Shown here in pieces: positions 9,311 through 19,704 of a stretch of DNA of 64,000 nucleotides. The notes under the pieces were generated by a model. That model saw only the letters and a list, made by a program, of their open reading frames with translations, searched no databases and had not been told where the DNA came from. The first letter of the stretch is position 1. The number at the start of each line of letters is the position of its first letter. This DNA is from an uncultured Chthonomonadaceae bacterium. Its GTDB lineage: Bacteria > Armatimonadota > Chthonomonadetes > Chthonomonadales > Chthonomonadaceae. Both the position numbers and the translations under genes were made by a program. Location of the stretch: assembly GCA_963817895.1 (NCBI GenBank), contig CAWFQB010000001.1, positions 768,001-832,000 of the forward strand, written 5' to 3'.

Positions 9311-10392
9311 GATTGAGGATTGAGAGTGGAGGCTTGTTCTTCCTCTTCCAGCATATACAGATTGGCGGGCGAATTGGCGAGCGTGTTAGGGGGCGGCTGT
9401 AGGCGGTCCAACAGTTTTTGGGCGCGCTGATGATAAAACGAAACGGCCTGGGTTTCCAGAACGTCCTGGCATAACGTGATGGCGCGATGGGCGTTTTGGC
9501 GGGCGGCGAACACTTCCGCCTGTATCAGCAGCGTGTTGGCGTGGGCGTTGGGGTTCAGGCCGAGCGCGGCGGAACGCTGCGCATAGTCGCGGGCGCGATC
9601 CCATTCCCCCTGCTTCACGGCCAGTTCCGCCAGAGCGCGTAATGCCGTGCCGCGCCGGAACGGGTCCATGTCGTTCAATTGGGACGCGAGCAGCGCGGCG
9701 ATCTCCTGCGCTTCCGCCAGTTTGTCCGATTCGATCAGCATCACGAGCAATTGCGACTGCACGGCGAACCGGATGGGCAGGGACGGGGCTTTGGGCGCGG
9801 CGGCCTGCCGCGCCAGTTCCAGCGCGTCGTCAATGCGGTTTTGGTATAGGCGGCAGTGGCTCAGGTTGGCAAGCGCGACAATGGCGATGTCGGAATCGGG
9901 TTTGGCGGCTTGCAGAGTGGATTCCAGCAGCTTTTCGGCCTGCGCCAGCCGGTCGAGATTAATACAGGCGTTCGCGGCGAACAGTTCAACGGTTGGGCGC
10001 AGGCGTTTGGGAATGGGGTTGCTCAACGTCTGGTCGAGCAGAATTCCGGCTTCGGCAAAGTCGCCCTGCCGCACCAGAATGATGCCCAGATGCGCGCGGG
10101 CGGCAGCCAGATGCGACGCAAATCCCTGCTTCTCGTTTTCGCGCACAGCAATTTCCGCAAACGGACGCGCCAGCGCGAACTCGCCCAGGCCCACATAGCA
10201 GGCGCACAGAAACCCGGCTGTCGGCCCGCGCCAGCGGGGAAGCGCGCGAGTTGCGGCATGGTACGCGCGCAAAATCGGCAACGCCTGCCGAAAGCGTCCG
10301 GCGCGTATCAGATGCGATCCGTACTGCATCGGCCCGACAATGCCCGTCAGCAGTCCTAATTCAAACAGCAGCGCCCAGGTAATCGTGTCCAT
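9304..10392 (-). CDS. Tetratricopeptide-repeat protein with N-terminal membrane segment
   Basis: Helical repeats ARAHLGIILVRQGDFAEA, ALANLSHCRLYQNRIDDA, ALRALAELAVKQGEWDRA. Start taken at MDTITW. Confidence 0.8.
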   Translation of the reverse strand: MDTITWALLFELGLLTGIVGPMQYGSHLIRAGRFRQALPILRAYHAATRALPRWRGPTAGFLCACYVGLGEFALARPFAEIAVRENEKQGFASHLAAARAHLGIILVRQGDFAEAGILLDQTLSNPIPKRLRPTVELFAANACINLDRLAQAEKLLESTLQAAKPDSDIAIVALANLSHCRLYQNRIDDALELARQAAAPKAPSLPIRFAVQSQLLVMLIESDKLAEAQEIAALLASQLNDMDPFRRGTALRALAELAVKQGEWDRARDYAQRSAALGLNPNAHANTLLIQAEVFAARQNAHRAITLCQDVLETQAVSFYHQRAQKLLDRLQPPPNTLANSPANLYMLEEEEQASTLNPQSY

Positions 10393-10466
10393 AGGGAAGG
10401 AAAAAGGAAAAAGACGAAAGGAAAAAGAACAAGTGTTTATGTTAGTATACCTGTTGGAGAATTGAA

Positions 10467-11135
10467 ATGTGGAAGCCTGTGACTGCCGAACATAAAGGAA
10501 GCAAACGCGCCGCATGGAAAATAGGCGTAGTTTTGTTCTTACTGGCGCTGATGTGGGTTGGCCTTGACGCTTCCATGCGCCGGACATGGCGAACGGTTCG
10601 CCTTGAAGCGGGCGACGGTGGAAGCGCGCTCATCGTTGAGGTTCCGCCGGGGTGGGAGGGAATTTCTGAAGATGACACCCACTCCTATCTGACGGTGACT
10701 GCGCCCCGTCCCACAGGTTTATCTCGCTGGTGGGACGAGTACATCCTCAAGATGGATATGCGCCAGTGGAAGTTTGAAAGCATAACCATCCATATTGGCG
10801 AACGTCCCGTGACAACAAGCGACGAGGGACGCAAAGAGTTGGACATGGTAAGGCAAACACTGATTTCTAATGATCGCGCAATATTCAAAAAGGTGAAAAC
10901 GACACCGCTTACTCACGCCGATTGGGTTGGCTTTGAATTGGAATCAACCGGCTACACAGGTGGGGGCAGCGCGAGATATGGGTTTCAATTCACTGTGCTG
11001 CTGAATCATTACGACGCTTTCAAGCATCGTAGCGCAATGATAACTGTGCAAGCGCCGCCGATGTCGCCAGATTTTCTCCCGTTGAAGCCGACAATGGATG
11101 AAATCATTCGCCGCCTGAAACTCGTACAGAAATAA
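10467..11135 (+). CDS. Hypothetical membrane-anchored protein
   Basis: 222-aa ORF with N-terminal TM and a VEVPPGWE motif; fills the gap between identified genes. Confidence 0.65.
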   Translation: MWKPVTAEHKGSKRAAWKIGVVLFLLALMWVGLDASMRRTWRTVRLEAGDGGSALIVEVPPGWEGISEDDTHSYLTVTAPRPTGLSRWWDEYILKMDMRQWKFESITIHIGERPVTTSDEGRKELDMVRQTLISNDRAIFKKVKTTPLTHADWVGFELESTGYTGGGSARYGFQFTVLLNHYDAFKHRSAMITVQAPPMSPDFLPLKPTMDEIIRRLKLVQK

Positions 11136-11296
11136 TAGAAGCGGATTCGAGTGAACCAAACATTTACCGTCCGCGTCTGGTAAAATAGAAGTAGAGAAAG
11201 TTAAAATAGAACGTTACGATTACGCAGCCGATGATGTTACTGGATATTGCTGCGAGAACCGAGCCTGAACGCCTGTAACAGAACAGGAAGGACATC

Positions 11297-12061
11297 ATGA
11301 GCGCCAATTTACCGACATACCGTTTGCCTGAGCGTTTCCGCGCGGATGGCGTTTCGCCCGCGCAGAAGGATACCCGCGCGCTGCTGCTGTTTGCTACAGT
11401 GCTGACGGTTATTCTAAGTTTTGTGCCCTACAGCGAGGTCTTTTTGTACCCGCTGCGGTTGTTCGTCACCTTTGTGCATGAGAGCGGACACGCGCTGGCT
11501 TCCCTGCTGGTGGGCGGCAGCGTATCGTCCGTGTCCGTCGCGCCCAATGGCAGCGGCCTGACGTATAGCACGGGCTATACCGCGTTGACCGCCTGGCTCG
11601 TATGCAGCGCGGGTTATCTGGGAACCACGCTGTTCGGCGCGGCCCTGCTGCAACTGGGGCGCCTACGCGGACTGCAAAATCCGGGGCGCGTGATGCTGTA
11701 CGCGTTGGCCGGGGCGATGCTGGCGATTATGATATGGGTGCGCGATCCGTTTACGCTTGTGACCGGGTTGGGCATCGCCGGACTGTTCTGGTTCGCGGCC
11801 CGCAAAGCGTCGCCGCGCGTCGCGGAGTTTTTGGCGATGTTCCTGGCCGTACAATGCAGCCTGAACGCGCTGGTGGATTTGCGGACGCTGCTGTACCTGT
11901 CCACCAAAATGCCCGAATCGCAAACCGACGCGCTGAATATGCAGCACATGTATCTGCTGCCCGCCGCGTTCTGGGCGTTTATGTGGGCGCTGACCGCCGT
12001 TGTGGTGCTGGGCGTATCGCTGTGGAGTTACTTCCGCGCCATGGCGAAAAGCCGCTTGTAA
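11297..12061 (+). CDS. M50B-like intramembrane metallopeptidase
   Basis: FVHESGHALA (HExxH), SAGYLG, QTDA; multiple TMs; RBS aggaagg. Confidence 0.92.
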   Translation: MSANLPTYRLPERFRADGVSPAQKDTRALLLFATVLTVILSFVPYSEVFLYPLRLFVTFVHESGHALASLLVGGSVSSVSVAPNGSGLTYSTGYTALTAWLVCSAGYLGTTLFGAALLQLGRLRGLQNPGRVMLYALAGAMLAIMIWVRDPFTLVTGLGIAGLFWFAARKASPRVAEFLAMFLAVQCSLNALVDLRTLLYLSTKMPESQTDALNMQHMYLLPAAFWAFMWALTAVVVLGVSLWSYFRAMAKSRL

Positions 12062-12344
12062 CACACGGAATTACCTCACCCCAACCCCTCTCCTAGCCGC
12101 GCAACGCGCCAGGAGAGGGGCTTTTTTTGACTGATACTACATTTTAATGGTAAGAGGTTGGTGTGTGCAGGGTATTATATGTAATGCTAATTTAGGTTCA
12201 TGCGCTATTTTGATATAAAAAATTTTTATTCATTAAAACTTACTAAAAATCTATATAAGAGCGAAAGTTTTACGAATCAAAAAACCCCTCTCCTGGCGCG
12301 TTGCGCGGCTAGGAGAGGGGTTGGGGTGAGGTAATTCCGTGTGT
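12061..12344. mobile_element. MITE/REPIN-like element with 60-bp perfect terminal inverted repeats
   Basis: 12061-12120 is the exact reverse complement of 12285-12344. Each arm has a cccctctcc..ggagagggg hairpin; the core is very AT-rich. Confidence 0.85.
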
Positions 12345-12365
12345 ATCCATTACGTATCGTAGAGT

Positions 12366-12629
12366 ATGAGCGATAACAGACCTTCAACCTCCGCTTCGGA
12401 GGGGAATAATACAACTCCCACTGTCGGCGGGACGCTGAAAGCGGGGGACGAGGGGGCTTGCGGGCATTGCGGCGCGTTGGTCTACGGGGATAGCATCCGT
12501 TGCAGGCAATGTGGGCGCTTTCCCATTCGGATGCGCCAGTGTCCGCGCTGCAAGTCTATTGCCGCTGTGGACACGATGCGCTGCTGGAAGTGCAGGCGCG
12601 TCTTCGATCCCGACGGAGATTACCTGTAA
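12366..12629 (+). CDS. Double zinc-ribbon small protein
   Basis: Four CxxC motifs: CGHC, CRQC, CPRC, CWKC. Confidence 0.8.
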   Translation: MSDNRPSTSASEGNNTTPTVGGTLKAGDEGACGHCGALVYGDSIRCRQCGRFPIRMRQCPRCKSIAAVDTMRCWKCRRVFDPDGDYL

Positions 12630-12791
12630 TATGCCCGGCTGCTTTATGGTGTGATATAAATCACACTCGCTGTGTAATGTAATTCACTGTTTATTGTTTA
12701 ACGAAACGGCTATAATGAGAGTATAATACTTCCTGAATACCTGCTGAAAACCTTGCTCGCCGGCTTGCGCGGGCTGGTACTGGAAATCACT

Positions 12792-13691
12792 ATGAACGTT
12801 ACCCTGCTCGGAACCGGGGCGGCAGAAGGCTGGCCCGGCCTGTTTTGTCGCTGCCAATCGTGTCTTCAGGCGCGAACGCTGGGTGGCAAGAACATTCGCA
12901 CCCGCTCGTCCGCGCTGATTGACGGCGTACTCAAAATAGACCTGCCCCCGGATACGTTTCATCAGGTGGTTGCCCATAACATTGACCTGTGCAGTATCAA
13001 GGCATTGCTGTTTACGCACATTCATGACGACCACTTTTGCGGCGGGGAACTCCAGTATCTCGGCGCCTATTTTGTCACCGCGCCCCTGCCGGAACCGCTC
13101 CCCGTATACGGCCCGCCCGAAGTGATTGAGTGGCTGTACGCCAATCTTCACGTAGAAACGTTGCCCATCACGCTTCATGTGCTTACGGCATGGGAAACGG
13201 TTTGCATTGACGGCTATCACATCACGCCCCTTGTGGCGCAGCACGACCATTCCACCACCTGTTTCAACTATCTCATTGAGGACGCGCAGGGTACAATTCT
13301 GCTGTATGCCAGCGATACCGGCTGGTACGAGGACATAACCTGGCTGTTTTTGAAGGACATTACCCTTGACGGAATCGTGGTGGAGTGCCAGAAAGGGCAG
13401 GAGGACGGCGGCTATCCGGGGCATCTGTCCATTGGCGATGTGTTGCGGCTGCAATCCCGGCTGATTTCAAGCGGAACCTTTGCGCAGGACAAGCCCATGA
13501 CGGTCACACACCTGTCGCACATGAGCAACATGATGCACGACGAATGGGAAGCGCGCCTCGCGCCCTACCACATTCAGACCGCCTACGACGGCATGACGTT
13601 CATCGTGCCGCCGCCCACCCCTGCGGAACGGCAAAAGCGACGACTTGCCCACAGCGCCGCTCTGTCAGACGAATTACCGGCAGAGAACTGA
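12792..13691 (+). CDS. MBL-fold metallo-hydrolase (PhnP-like)
   Basis: LLGTGAAEGWPGLFCRCQSC, THIHDDH (HxHxDH), YASDTG, GHL, THLSH. Confidence 0.92.
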   Translation: MNVTLLGTGAAEGWPGLFCRCQSCLQARTLGGKNIRTRSSALIDGVLKIDLPPDTFHQVVAHNIDLCSIKALLFTHIHDDHFCGGELQYLGAYFVTAPLPEPLPVYGPPEVIEWLYANLHVETLPITLHVLTAWETVCIDGYHITPLVAQHDHSTTCFNYLIEDAQGTILLYASDTGWYEDITWLFLKDITLDGIVVECQKGQEDGGYPGHLSIGDVLRLQSRLISSGTFAQDKPMTVTHLSHMSNMMHDEWEARLAPYHIQTAYDGMTFIVPPPTPAERQKRRLAHSAALSDELPAEN

Positions 13692-13724
13692 CACGTTGCG
13701 TTTCAGTTAGACTGCGGCTTCAAC

Positions 13725-16268
13725 CTATTCTGCAACCACGTCCCCCATGTCTGTCGGCTCAACATTACGTTTGATTGTCTGAGGCTCTGCGCCTGGCTCC
13801 TGTGTGGGCGGCGTCTTCGCGTGAAGTGGGATACCCCCATCGTCTTTGCCGTCCGGCCCAACACTGTACAGCGCGTAACCGGTTCCCCGGCGCTGATACC
13901 GCAAGGGCGCGTTCAGCGCAAAAGAATCCATCGGGACGCGCGCCAAAATACCTGCTTTCACCAATTCCTGCAAAGTGTCCGGGTACGCGGCATGTTCCTG
14001 CTGATAGGCGCGCAGCGCGAGTTTGGCAATAATCAATTCGTTCAGCGCGCGACAGCCGACATCTTTACACCATGTATTAAGCACGGATACGCCGTCTCCG
14101 TTTGTGTTCTCCGTCAGAATCGTTCCAACCACATTTTGCGGAACCGCAGGCGGAGCCGAATGCGCGGCGTAAGGCTGCGAAACGTAGGCGATACTTTGAC
14201 CCAGGTAACGCGTGTAACTCTCCAGGCAATCCTGCTTACCTGCGAACCACAAGTCCCAACGCATGGTCCTGATACGCGCCTCATCAAACTGACGCTCAAC
14301 GGGACCTGCTTCCTTCCAGGAATTCAGCAGTTTGGCGCGCCAATCTGGTGAGCGGTAAACTTCTATCAGCCCTGCCAGTTGCGCCCATTTTTCCTCCTCC
14401 ATTACCTCGGCAAGCGGTGTTGACGCCGCTTCAATCCCCTCCATGCGGCGCGCCGCGCGCCGCGCCTCCGATGCATGGAGCTTTTCTGCCCATGTCCAGA
14501 GATCACGGCGTCCAATATCCTGGCAGGCAAGGCCCACCAGTCTTCCCAGCATTGAGGCGCTATGCTGAACGCGGCAACCTAAATCCATGATGTCCAGGCC
14601 GCTTTCCGCTGCGCCTGTCAGATCGCCCCGGTCTGCCCGCGCTCGCTCTTCCACGCGCAGCACACGCGCCAGCGCGCGAAAAGCGGCGTATTGTGGAAAC
14701 ATCGTGTCAAACGAGCGATACTGCGGCTCCTGGTAAGCAAATTTCAGTCCCTGTCGAAAGCCGATCAGCGCGTCCGTGTTGGCGCGCAGCAGCGCCTCCG
14801 TTTCGCGCCGCGTGTAGATAATTTCCTTGCCTGTCTTTTCATCCGTTCTGTAGATTTGCCCCTTTTTATTCACAAGAACAAAACTGCGGCTCTCCTTTGT
14901 GAGGGATTTTGACGCCGCCACAAAGTTGTCATAAGCATCTTGATTTGGCGTTATTTTCACGGCGGGAATCTCGATTTGCGGCTCCGCTTCCAGGCTGCTT
15001 CGCCACAGCCCGAAGGCAATCAGGCCGATAAGGGTAACACCGCCAAGCGCTCCCAGCGTCAAGCGAACGCCCCGCCGAAAGGCGCGACCCTGTCGGCGCA
15101 GTTCATCTCCCGGCATGTTTTCGCGTACCCAGGCGCGATTGAATACCTGCCGGTAGATGCGATTGCGGACGCGCAGCCTTCCCTGTTCGCTTCGCGCCAC
15201 CCCCGCCAATTTCAGCCGCTCGACAAGAGGATTGGTGGGATCGTCTGCCACCTGCCTGCCGCGCAGGACACGCTCGTAGAGTTCCAGCAGGGCCGTCGTG
15301 TCCACATCGCCTTTCAGCAGGTGGTTGCGCGCGAACGCGAGATTGTCTTCCGAATTCCGGGCGCGGGTGGAGAGAAACAGTTCGTGACAGAGTTTGTCCA
15401 CTTCGCCGGGTGTGCCATGCCCCCTGCCACGCGCCGCGCTCGCGAGCGGCGTTGCTTCCACGCCTGTAACCGCTTTGAACAACACCTGCGTGAGATAGGG
15501 ATGGCCGTTTGTCCAATAGAAAATACGGTCGAATACCTGCTGCGACCGGCGACTTGAAAGCCTTACGGATTGCGGCTGCGAACCGGCGCTAAGGGATTGC
15601 AGGCCACTGGCAAGCGGCTGCGCTTCCCGGCGGGTGAAATCGCGCAGTTCCACGCGCCGCCCGATGTTGAAGGGCGTGGTTTGCGGGTCGGAAATCAGTT
15701 CGGAAGGCGCGGCCACTCCGAGCAGGCAGAAGGTGAGCCGCGCATATTCCGGCTCCTGAACCCGGCTGTTGTAACATTCGCGTATGGCCGCGAAAAACTC
15801 ATCGGTGGAAAACGGCAGGCTGCGCGCGATGTCAATTTCATCAATCAGAATCACGATTGGTTCGGGGCAACGCTCCAGTCCGACTTCCCGCAGGGTTTCG
15901 AACAAACGCTGCATCGGGCCAAGTTCCTGACGCGCTTTCCAGTGCGCCAGAAACTCCGCGCGCAGGCCAAGTTCGCGCCCGATTTCCGCCAGCAATCCCG
16001 CATACCACTGCTCGGCGGAGAGATTTTTACCGCCGAACCGCGTCAAATCTATGAACACGGTTTTGATGCCGTCCGCCTGCAATCGGGCAATCGTCCGCAC
16101 GCACAGAGAGGATTTGCCCATCTGCCGCGCGTTCAGGACGTAACAATACTCGCCCGCCCGCAACCCTTCGTACAGCTCCGTATCCGCGCGGCGCGTAACA
16201 TAAGAGGAAGATTCGCGGGGCAGCGTGCCGCCCGTAATATAAAAAGGACTGGATGCGTTTGTGGTCAT
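13725..16268 (-). CDS. AAA_35-like ATPase fused via a TM to an extracytoplasmic domain ending in a GspG-like module
   Basis: FYITGGTL..SYVTRRAD, Walker A ARQMGKSS, Walker B IVILIDEID, WTNGHPYLTQ, LRVRNRIY; TM LTLGALGGVTLIGLIAFGLW; C-terminal ALRAYQQEHAAYPDTLQELV..YALYSVGPDGKDDGG. Confidence 0.85.
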   Translation of the reverse strand: MTTNASSPFYITGGTLPRESSSYVTRRADTELYEGLRAGEYCYVLNARQMGKSSLCVRTIARLQADGIKTVFIDLTRFGGKNLSAEQWYAGLLAEIGRELGLRAEFLAHWKARQELGPMQRLFETLREVGLERCPEPIVILIDEIDIARSLPFSTDEFFAAIRECYNSRVQEPEYARLTFCLLGVAAPSELISDPQTTPFNIGRRVELRDFTRREAQPLASGLQSLSAGSQPQSVRLSSRRSQQVFDRIFYWTNGHPYLTQVLFKAVTGVEATPLASAARGRGHGTPGEVDKLCHELFLSTRARNSEDNLAFARNHLLKGDVDTTALLELYERVLRGRQVADDPTNPLVERLKLAGVARSEQGRLRVRNRIYRQVFNRAWVRENMPGDELRRQGRAFRRGVRLTLGALGGVTLIGLIAFGLWRSSLEAEPQIEIPAVKITPNQDAYDNFVAASKSLTKESRSFVLVNKKGQIYRTDEKTGKEIIYTRRETEALLRANTDALIGFRQGLKFAYQEPQYRSFDTMFPQYAAFRALARVLRVEERARADRGDLTGAAESGLDIMDLGCRVQHSASMLGRLVGLACQDIGRRDLWTWAEKLHASEARRAARRMEGIEAASTPLAEVMEEEKWAQLAGLIEVYRSPDWRAKLLNSWKEAGPVERQFDEARIRTMRWDLWFAGKQDCLESYTRYLGQSIAYVSQPYAAHSAPPAVPQNVVGTILTENTNGDGVSVLNTWCKDVGCRALNELIIAKLALRAYQQEHAAYPDTLQELVKAGILARVPMDSFALNAPLRYQRRGTGYALYSVGPDGKDDGGIPLHAKTPPTQEPGAEPQTIKRNVEPTDMGDVVAE

Positions 16269-16469
16269 CGTGTTTCCGCTGCGCAAATGTAGAAAGTTCG
16301 CAAGTCAAGTGGAAGCGAATAATGCAAATATCGCTCACAATATCTCTCTAATATAGTCTGTTAGAATACTATTCGCCGGGGAAGCTGAACAATCCTTTTA
16401 CGGCAGGAAAACGCGGTATGCGCTATAATGAGGAAGCGATAACAAATCGAACAGGAATGAGGAGTTGGC

Positions 16470-18092
16470 ATGACGATAATGAGTGAGCGGGAAGTGGAAC
16501 CGAAGGAAATAGAATTAAATCGGGTGGCGATTCTGCTGCGCGACGGGGATGAGGTTGCAGTCGCTAAAACGCGAATTGGAATGGGAACGGTTCTCGCTTT
16601 GCCGGATGGAAGCGCGCTGCGGGTCAACCAGACCGTTCCGCCCGGACATAAATTTGCTTTGAGCGGTGTTGCGGAGGGCGCTCCGGTGCGCAAGTACGGG
16701 CAGGTCATTGGCTACGCCACGCGCCCCATTCTGGCGGGCGACTGGGTGCATGTGCAGAATTTGGGATTTGGCGCGGGCGAAACAGCGGGCGCGGGCGCGT
16801 TGCATCTGGATTACGAGTTCAGCAGCGCCGTGCCGCAAGTCGCGTATGTACCCGCGCATTTGCAGCGGACGTTTCCCGGTTTCGCCCGCCCGGATGGGCG
16901 CGTGGGAACCCGCAACTATGTCGCGCTTGTGTCTACCGTGAACTGTTCGGCCTCTACAGTGAACGCTATTGCCGACCGCTTTCGTTCACCCGATATAATG
17001 CGCGATTTTCCGGGCGTGGATGGCGTAATCCCCTACGCGCACAAGAGCGGCTGTGGGCAGGCGATGGGCAGCGAGGACTACCACCAGTTGCAGCGAACCT
17101 TGAGCGGCATGGCGGATCATCCGAATGTGGGCGCGTATCTGCTGGCGGGATTGGGCTGCGAGGTGAATCAGGCGATGAGCATGGCGCAAAACGGCGGCCT
17201 GATTTCCGCCGATGTACTACTTCAGGGACGTCCGCAACTGCCCCCGATGTTCACGATTCAGGAGTCGGGCGGTATCCGCAAAGCCATTGAGCAGGGCGTG
17301 GAAGAGACTCTCAAATTGCTGCGCAAGGCGAGTCAGGCGAAACGGACGCCGCAGCAGGTATCAGGCCTGATTGTCGGCACGAACTGCGGCGGCAGCGACG
17401 GCAATTCCGGCGTGACCGCGAACCCGGCGGTGGGGGACGCGGGTGATACGTTTGTGCGGCATGGCGCGGGTTGGGTTCTGGCGGAAACCAGTGAAACCTA
17501 CGGCGCGGAACATCTGCTCACCCGCCGCGCCGTAACGCCCGAAGTGGGGCAAAAACTGGTGGATTTGATGCGCTGGTGGGAGTGGTACACGGGCGTATGG
17601 GGCGCAACCATTGACGGCAACCCCTCGCCGGGCAACAAAGAGGGCGGGCTGACAACCATCTACGAAAAGTCGCTCGGCGCGGTATCGAAAGCCGGGTCGT
17701 CGCCGCTTGTCGAAGTATACAAGTACGGCGCGCGGATTGACAAAAAAGGGCTGACATTCATGGACACGCCGGGACACGATCCGGTATCGGTCACAGGTCT
17801 TGTTGCGGGCGGCTGCAATCTGGTCGTGTTTACAACCGGGCGCGGCTCCTGTCTGGGCTTCAAGCCTGCTCCCGTCCTGAAAATCGCCACCAACTCAGCC
17901 CTGTACAACCGTCTGGAAGAGGATATGGATTTGGACGCGGGCGTGATTCTGAACGGCGTTCCGATTGCGGATGTGGGGCATCAGATTTTCGAGACGCTGA
18001 TCGCGGTCGCGGGAGGCCAGAAAACCAAAAGCGAAGCGCAGGGGCTGGGCGAGGACGAGTTCGCGCCCTGGATGCTCGGCCCCGTGATGTAG
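16470..18092 (+). CDS. uxaA: UxaA-family altronate/galactarate dehydratase
   Basis: SAF domain VPPGHKFAL..VRKYGQVIG..GDWVHVQN; RPDGRVGTRNY, GLGCE, CGGSDGNSGVTANP, GNPSPGNKEGGLTTIYEKSLG, FTTGRG. Confidence 0.93.
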   Translation: MTIMSEREVEPKEIELNRVAILLRDGDEVAVAKTRIGMGTVLALPDGSALRVNQTVPPGHKFALSGVAEGAPVRKYGQVIGYATRPILAGDWVHVQNLGFGAGETAGAGALHLDYEFSSAVPQVAYVPAHLQRTFPGFARPDGRVGTRNYVALVSTVNCSASTVNAIADRFRSPDIMRDFPGVDGVIPYAHKSGCGQAMGSEDYHQLQRTLSGMADHPNVGAYLLAGLGCEVNQAMSMAQNGGLISADVLLQGRPQLPPMFTIQESGGIRKAIEQGVEETLKLLRKASQAKRTPQQVSGLIVGTNCGGSDGNSGVTANPAVGDAGDTFVRHGAGWVLAETSETYGAEHLLTRRAVTPEVGQKLVDLMRWWEWYTGVWGATIDGNPSPGNKEGGLTTIYEKSLGAVSKAGSSPLVEVYKYGARIDKKGLTFMDTPGHDPVSVTGLVAGGCNLVVFTTGRGSCLGFKPAPVLKIATNSALYNRLEEDMDLDAGVILNGVPIADVGHQIFETLIAVAGGQKTKSEAQGLGEDEFAPWMLGPVM

Positions 18093-18105
18093 CAAAGGAT
18101 AAAGG

Positions 18106-19704
18106 ATGAAGGGTGATATTCCTGTGAACGAGACGCAAGTTCTGATTGTCGAAGCGGGGCCAACTGGACTCGCGCTCGCGCTGTTTCTTGCCCGCGCAGG
18201 TATTGCGCCGCGCATCATTGACAAAAATTCCGGTCCCGGCCAGGCGTCGCGTGCGATGGCGGTGCAGGCCCGTACCCTTGAGTTTTACCGCCAACTCGGT
18301 TTCGCAGATGAAGTGGTGAGCAAAGGAATTCCAATTGAGGCCATTCACCTGCGCGCGCATAATCGTCTTGTTTCCGAAATCAAAATCGCCGATTTCGGCA
18401 AGGGCATGAGTCCCTATCCGTTCATACTCAGTTTTCCACAGGATGACCACGAACGGCTGCTCGTCGCGCAACTCAACAACGCGGGCGTTCAGGTGGAGTG
18501 GAATACGGAACTTACGGAATTGCGCGAAGCGGGCGATGCCGTACACGCGACCTTGCGCAACAAAGCGGGGACGCAGGAGGACTGCGTCGCTTCCTATCTG
18601 TGCGGATGTGATGGCGCGCGCAGCGCCGTACGCGGAAGTTTGCGGCTTGGTTTCGGCGGAGGAACCTACGACAAGACGTATTTCGTGGCCGATGTGGAAG
18701 CCAACGGGGAAGCGGCAGGGGGCCACAACTTCAGTCTTTGTCTCACTGCCCGCGACATTCTGCTCATTCTGCCCGTCCGAAGCACGGGAATGAACCGGCT
18801 GATCGGCGTGGTTCCCGAAGAGCTGAAAGGCCGGGAAAACATTGCTTTCGACGACATACGCTCGTTCGTGGAAAAAGAAGCGGACATTCGCGTCGAGAAG
18901 GTGAACTGGTTTTCCACGTACCGCGCCCATCACCGCGTGGCCGATCATTTCCGCATCGGGCGCGTGTTTGTGTCGGGGGATGCGGGACATATTCACAGCC
19001 CTGTGGGCGGGCAGGGCATGAATACGGGCATTGGCGATGCCGTCAACCTGGCGTGGAAACTGGCCGCTGTGGTTAGTGGCCGCGCCGATGTTTCACTCCT
19101 CGACACCTACGAGCCGGAGCGTATCGCCTTTGCCCGTTCGCTCGTCGCCACAACAGACAAACTATTCCAGCTAATGACCGGATCGGGCGTGGGCCATCAG
19201 TTGTTTCGAGAAACACTGTTCCCGCACCTTGTGCCGTTCGCGCTTGGCTTTTCAGGCGTGCGGGATACCGCGTTTCGCCTGGTTTCGCAGACGCGCATCA
19301 ACTATCATCAGAGTCTGCTCAGCGAGGGCGAAGCGGGCAATGTTCACGGCGGCGACCGCCTGCCCTGGGTTCCATTCAGCGACGGAAGCGATAACTTTGA
19401 ACCGCTCCAATCGCTTGATTGGCAGATTCATGTGTATGGCGAGGCTGAACCCCCTTTGCGCGATGCCGCGCAGAAGGCTGGTATCCCCGTCTGTACCTTC
19501 GGCTGGAATGATGACGCGAGTCAGGCCGGATTAGAGCGCAATGCCCTTTACCTTGTCAGACCGGATGGTTATGTCGCGCTGGCCGATGCCCGACAGGAGG
19601 CAGAAAAACTCCAATCTTACCTCTCCCGGTTTAAGATTATGCCCCGCGTCGGGGAAAGAGGTATCCTTAAAGAGGGGAGACAGAAAGAAGAGGGACAGGC
19701 ATGA
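18106..19704 (+). CDS. FAD-dependent monooxygenase (PheA/TfdB-like)
   Basis: VLIVEAGPTGL (atypical dinucleotide motif), CGCDGARSAVR, RVFVSGDAGHIHSPVGGQGMNTGIGDAVNLAWKL, YLVRPDGYV. Confidence 0.92.
   Translation: MKGDIPVNETQVLIVEAGPTGLALALFLARAGIAPRIIDKNSGPGQASRAMAVQARTLEFYRQLGFADEVVSKGIPIEAIHLRAHNRLVSEIKIADFGKGMSPYPFILSFPQDDHERLLVAQLNNAGVQVEWNTELTELREAGDAVHATLRNKAGTQEDCVASYLCGCDGARSAVRGSLRLGFGGGTYDKTYFVADVEANGEAAGGHNFSLCLTARDILLILPVRSTGMNRLIGVVPEELKGRENIAFDDIRSFVEKEADIRVEKVNWFSTYRAHHRVADHFRIGRVFVSGDAGHIHSPVGGQGMNTGIGDAVNLAWKLAAVVSGRADVSLLDTYEPERIAFARSLVATTDKLFQLMTGSGVGHQLFRETLFPHLVPFALGFSGVRDTAFRLVSQTRINYHQSLLSEGEAGNVHGGDRLPWVPFSDGSDNFEPLQSLDWQIHVYGEAEPPLRDAAQKAGIPVCTFGWNDDASQAGLERNALYLVRPDGYVALADARQEAEKLQSYLSRFKIMPRVGERGILKEGRQKEEGQA

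Noticed and set aside
11190..11225. aagttaaaata resembling a Cas9 tracrRNA
   Set aside because: A short match in an AT-rich promoter region with no anti-repeat, array or cas9.
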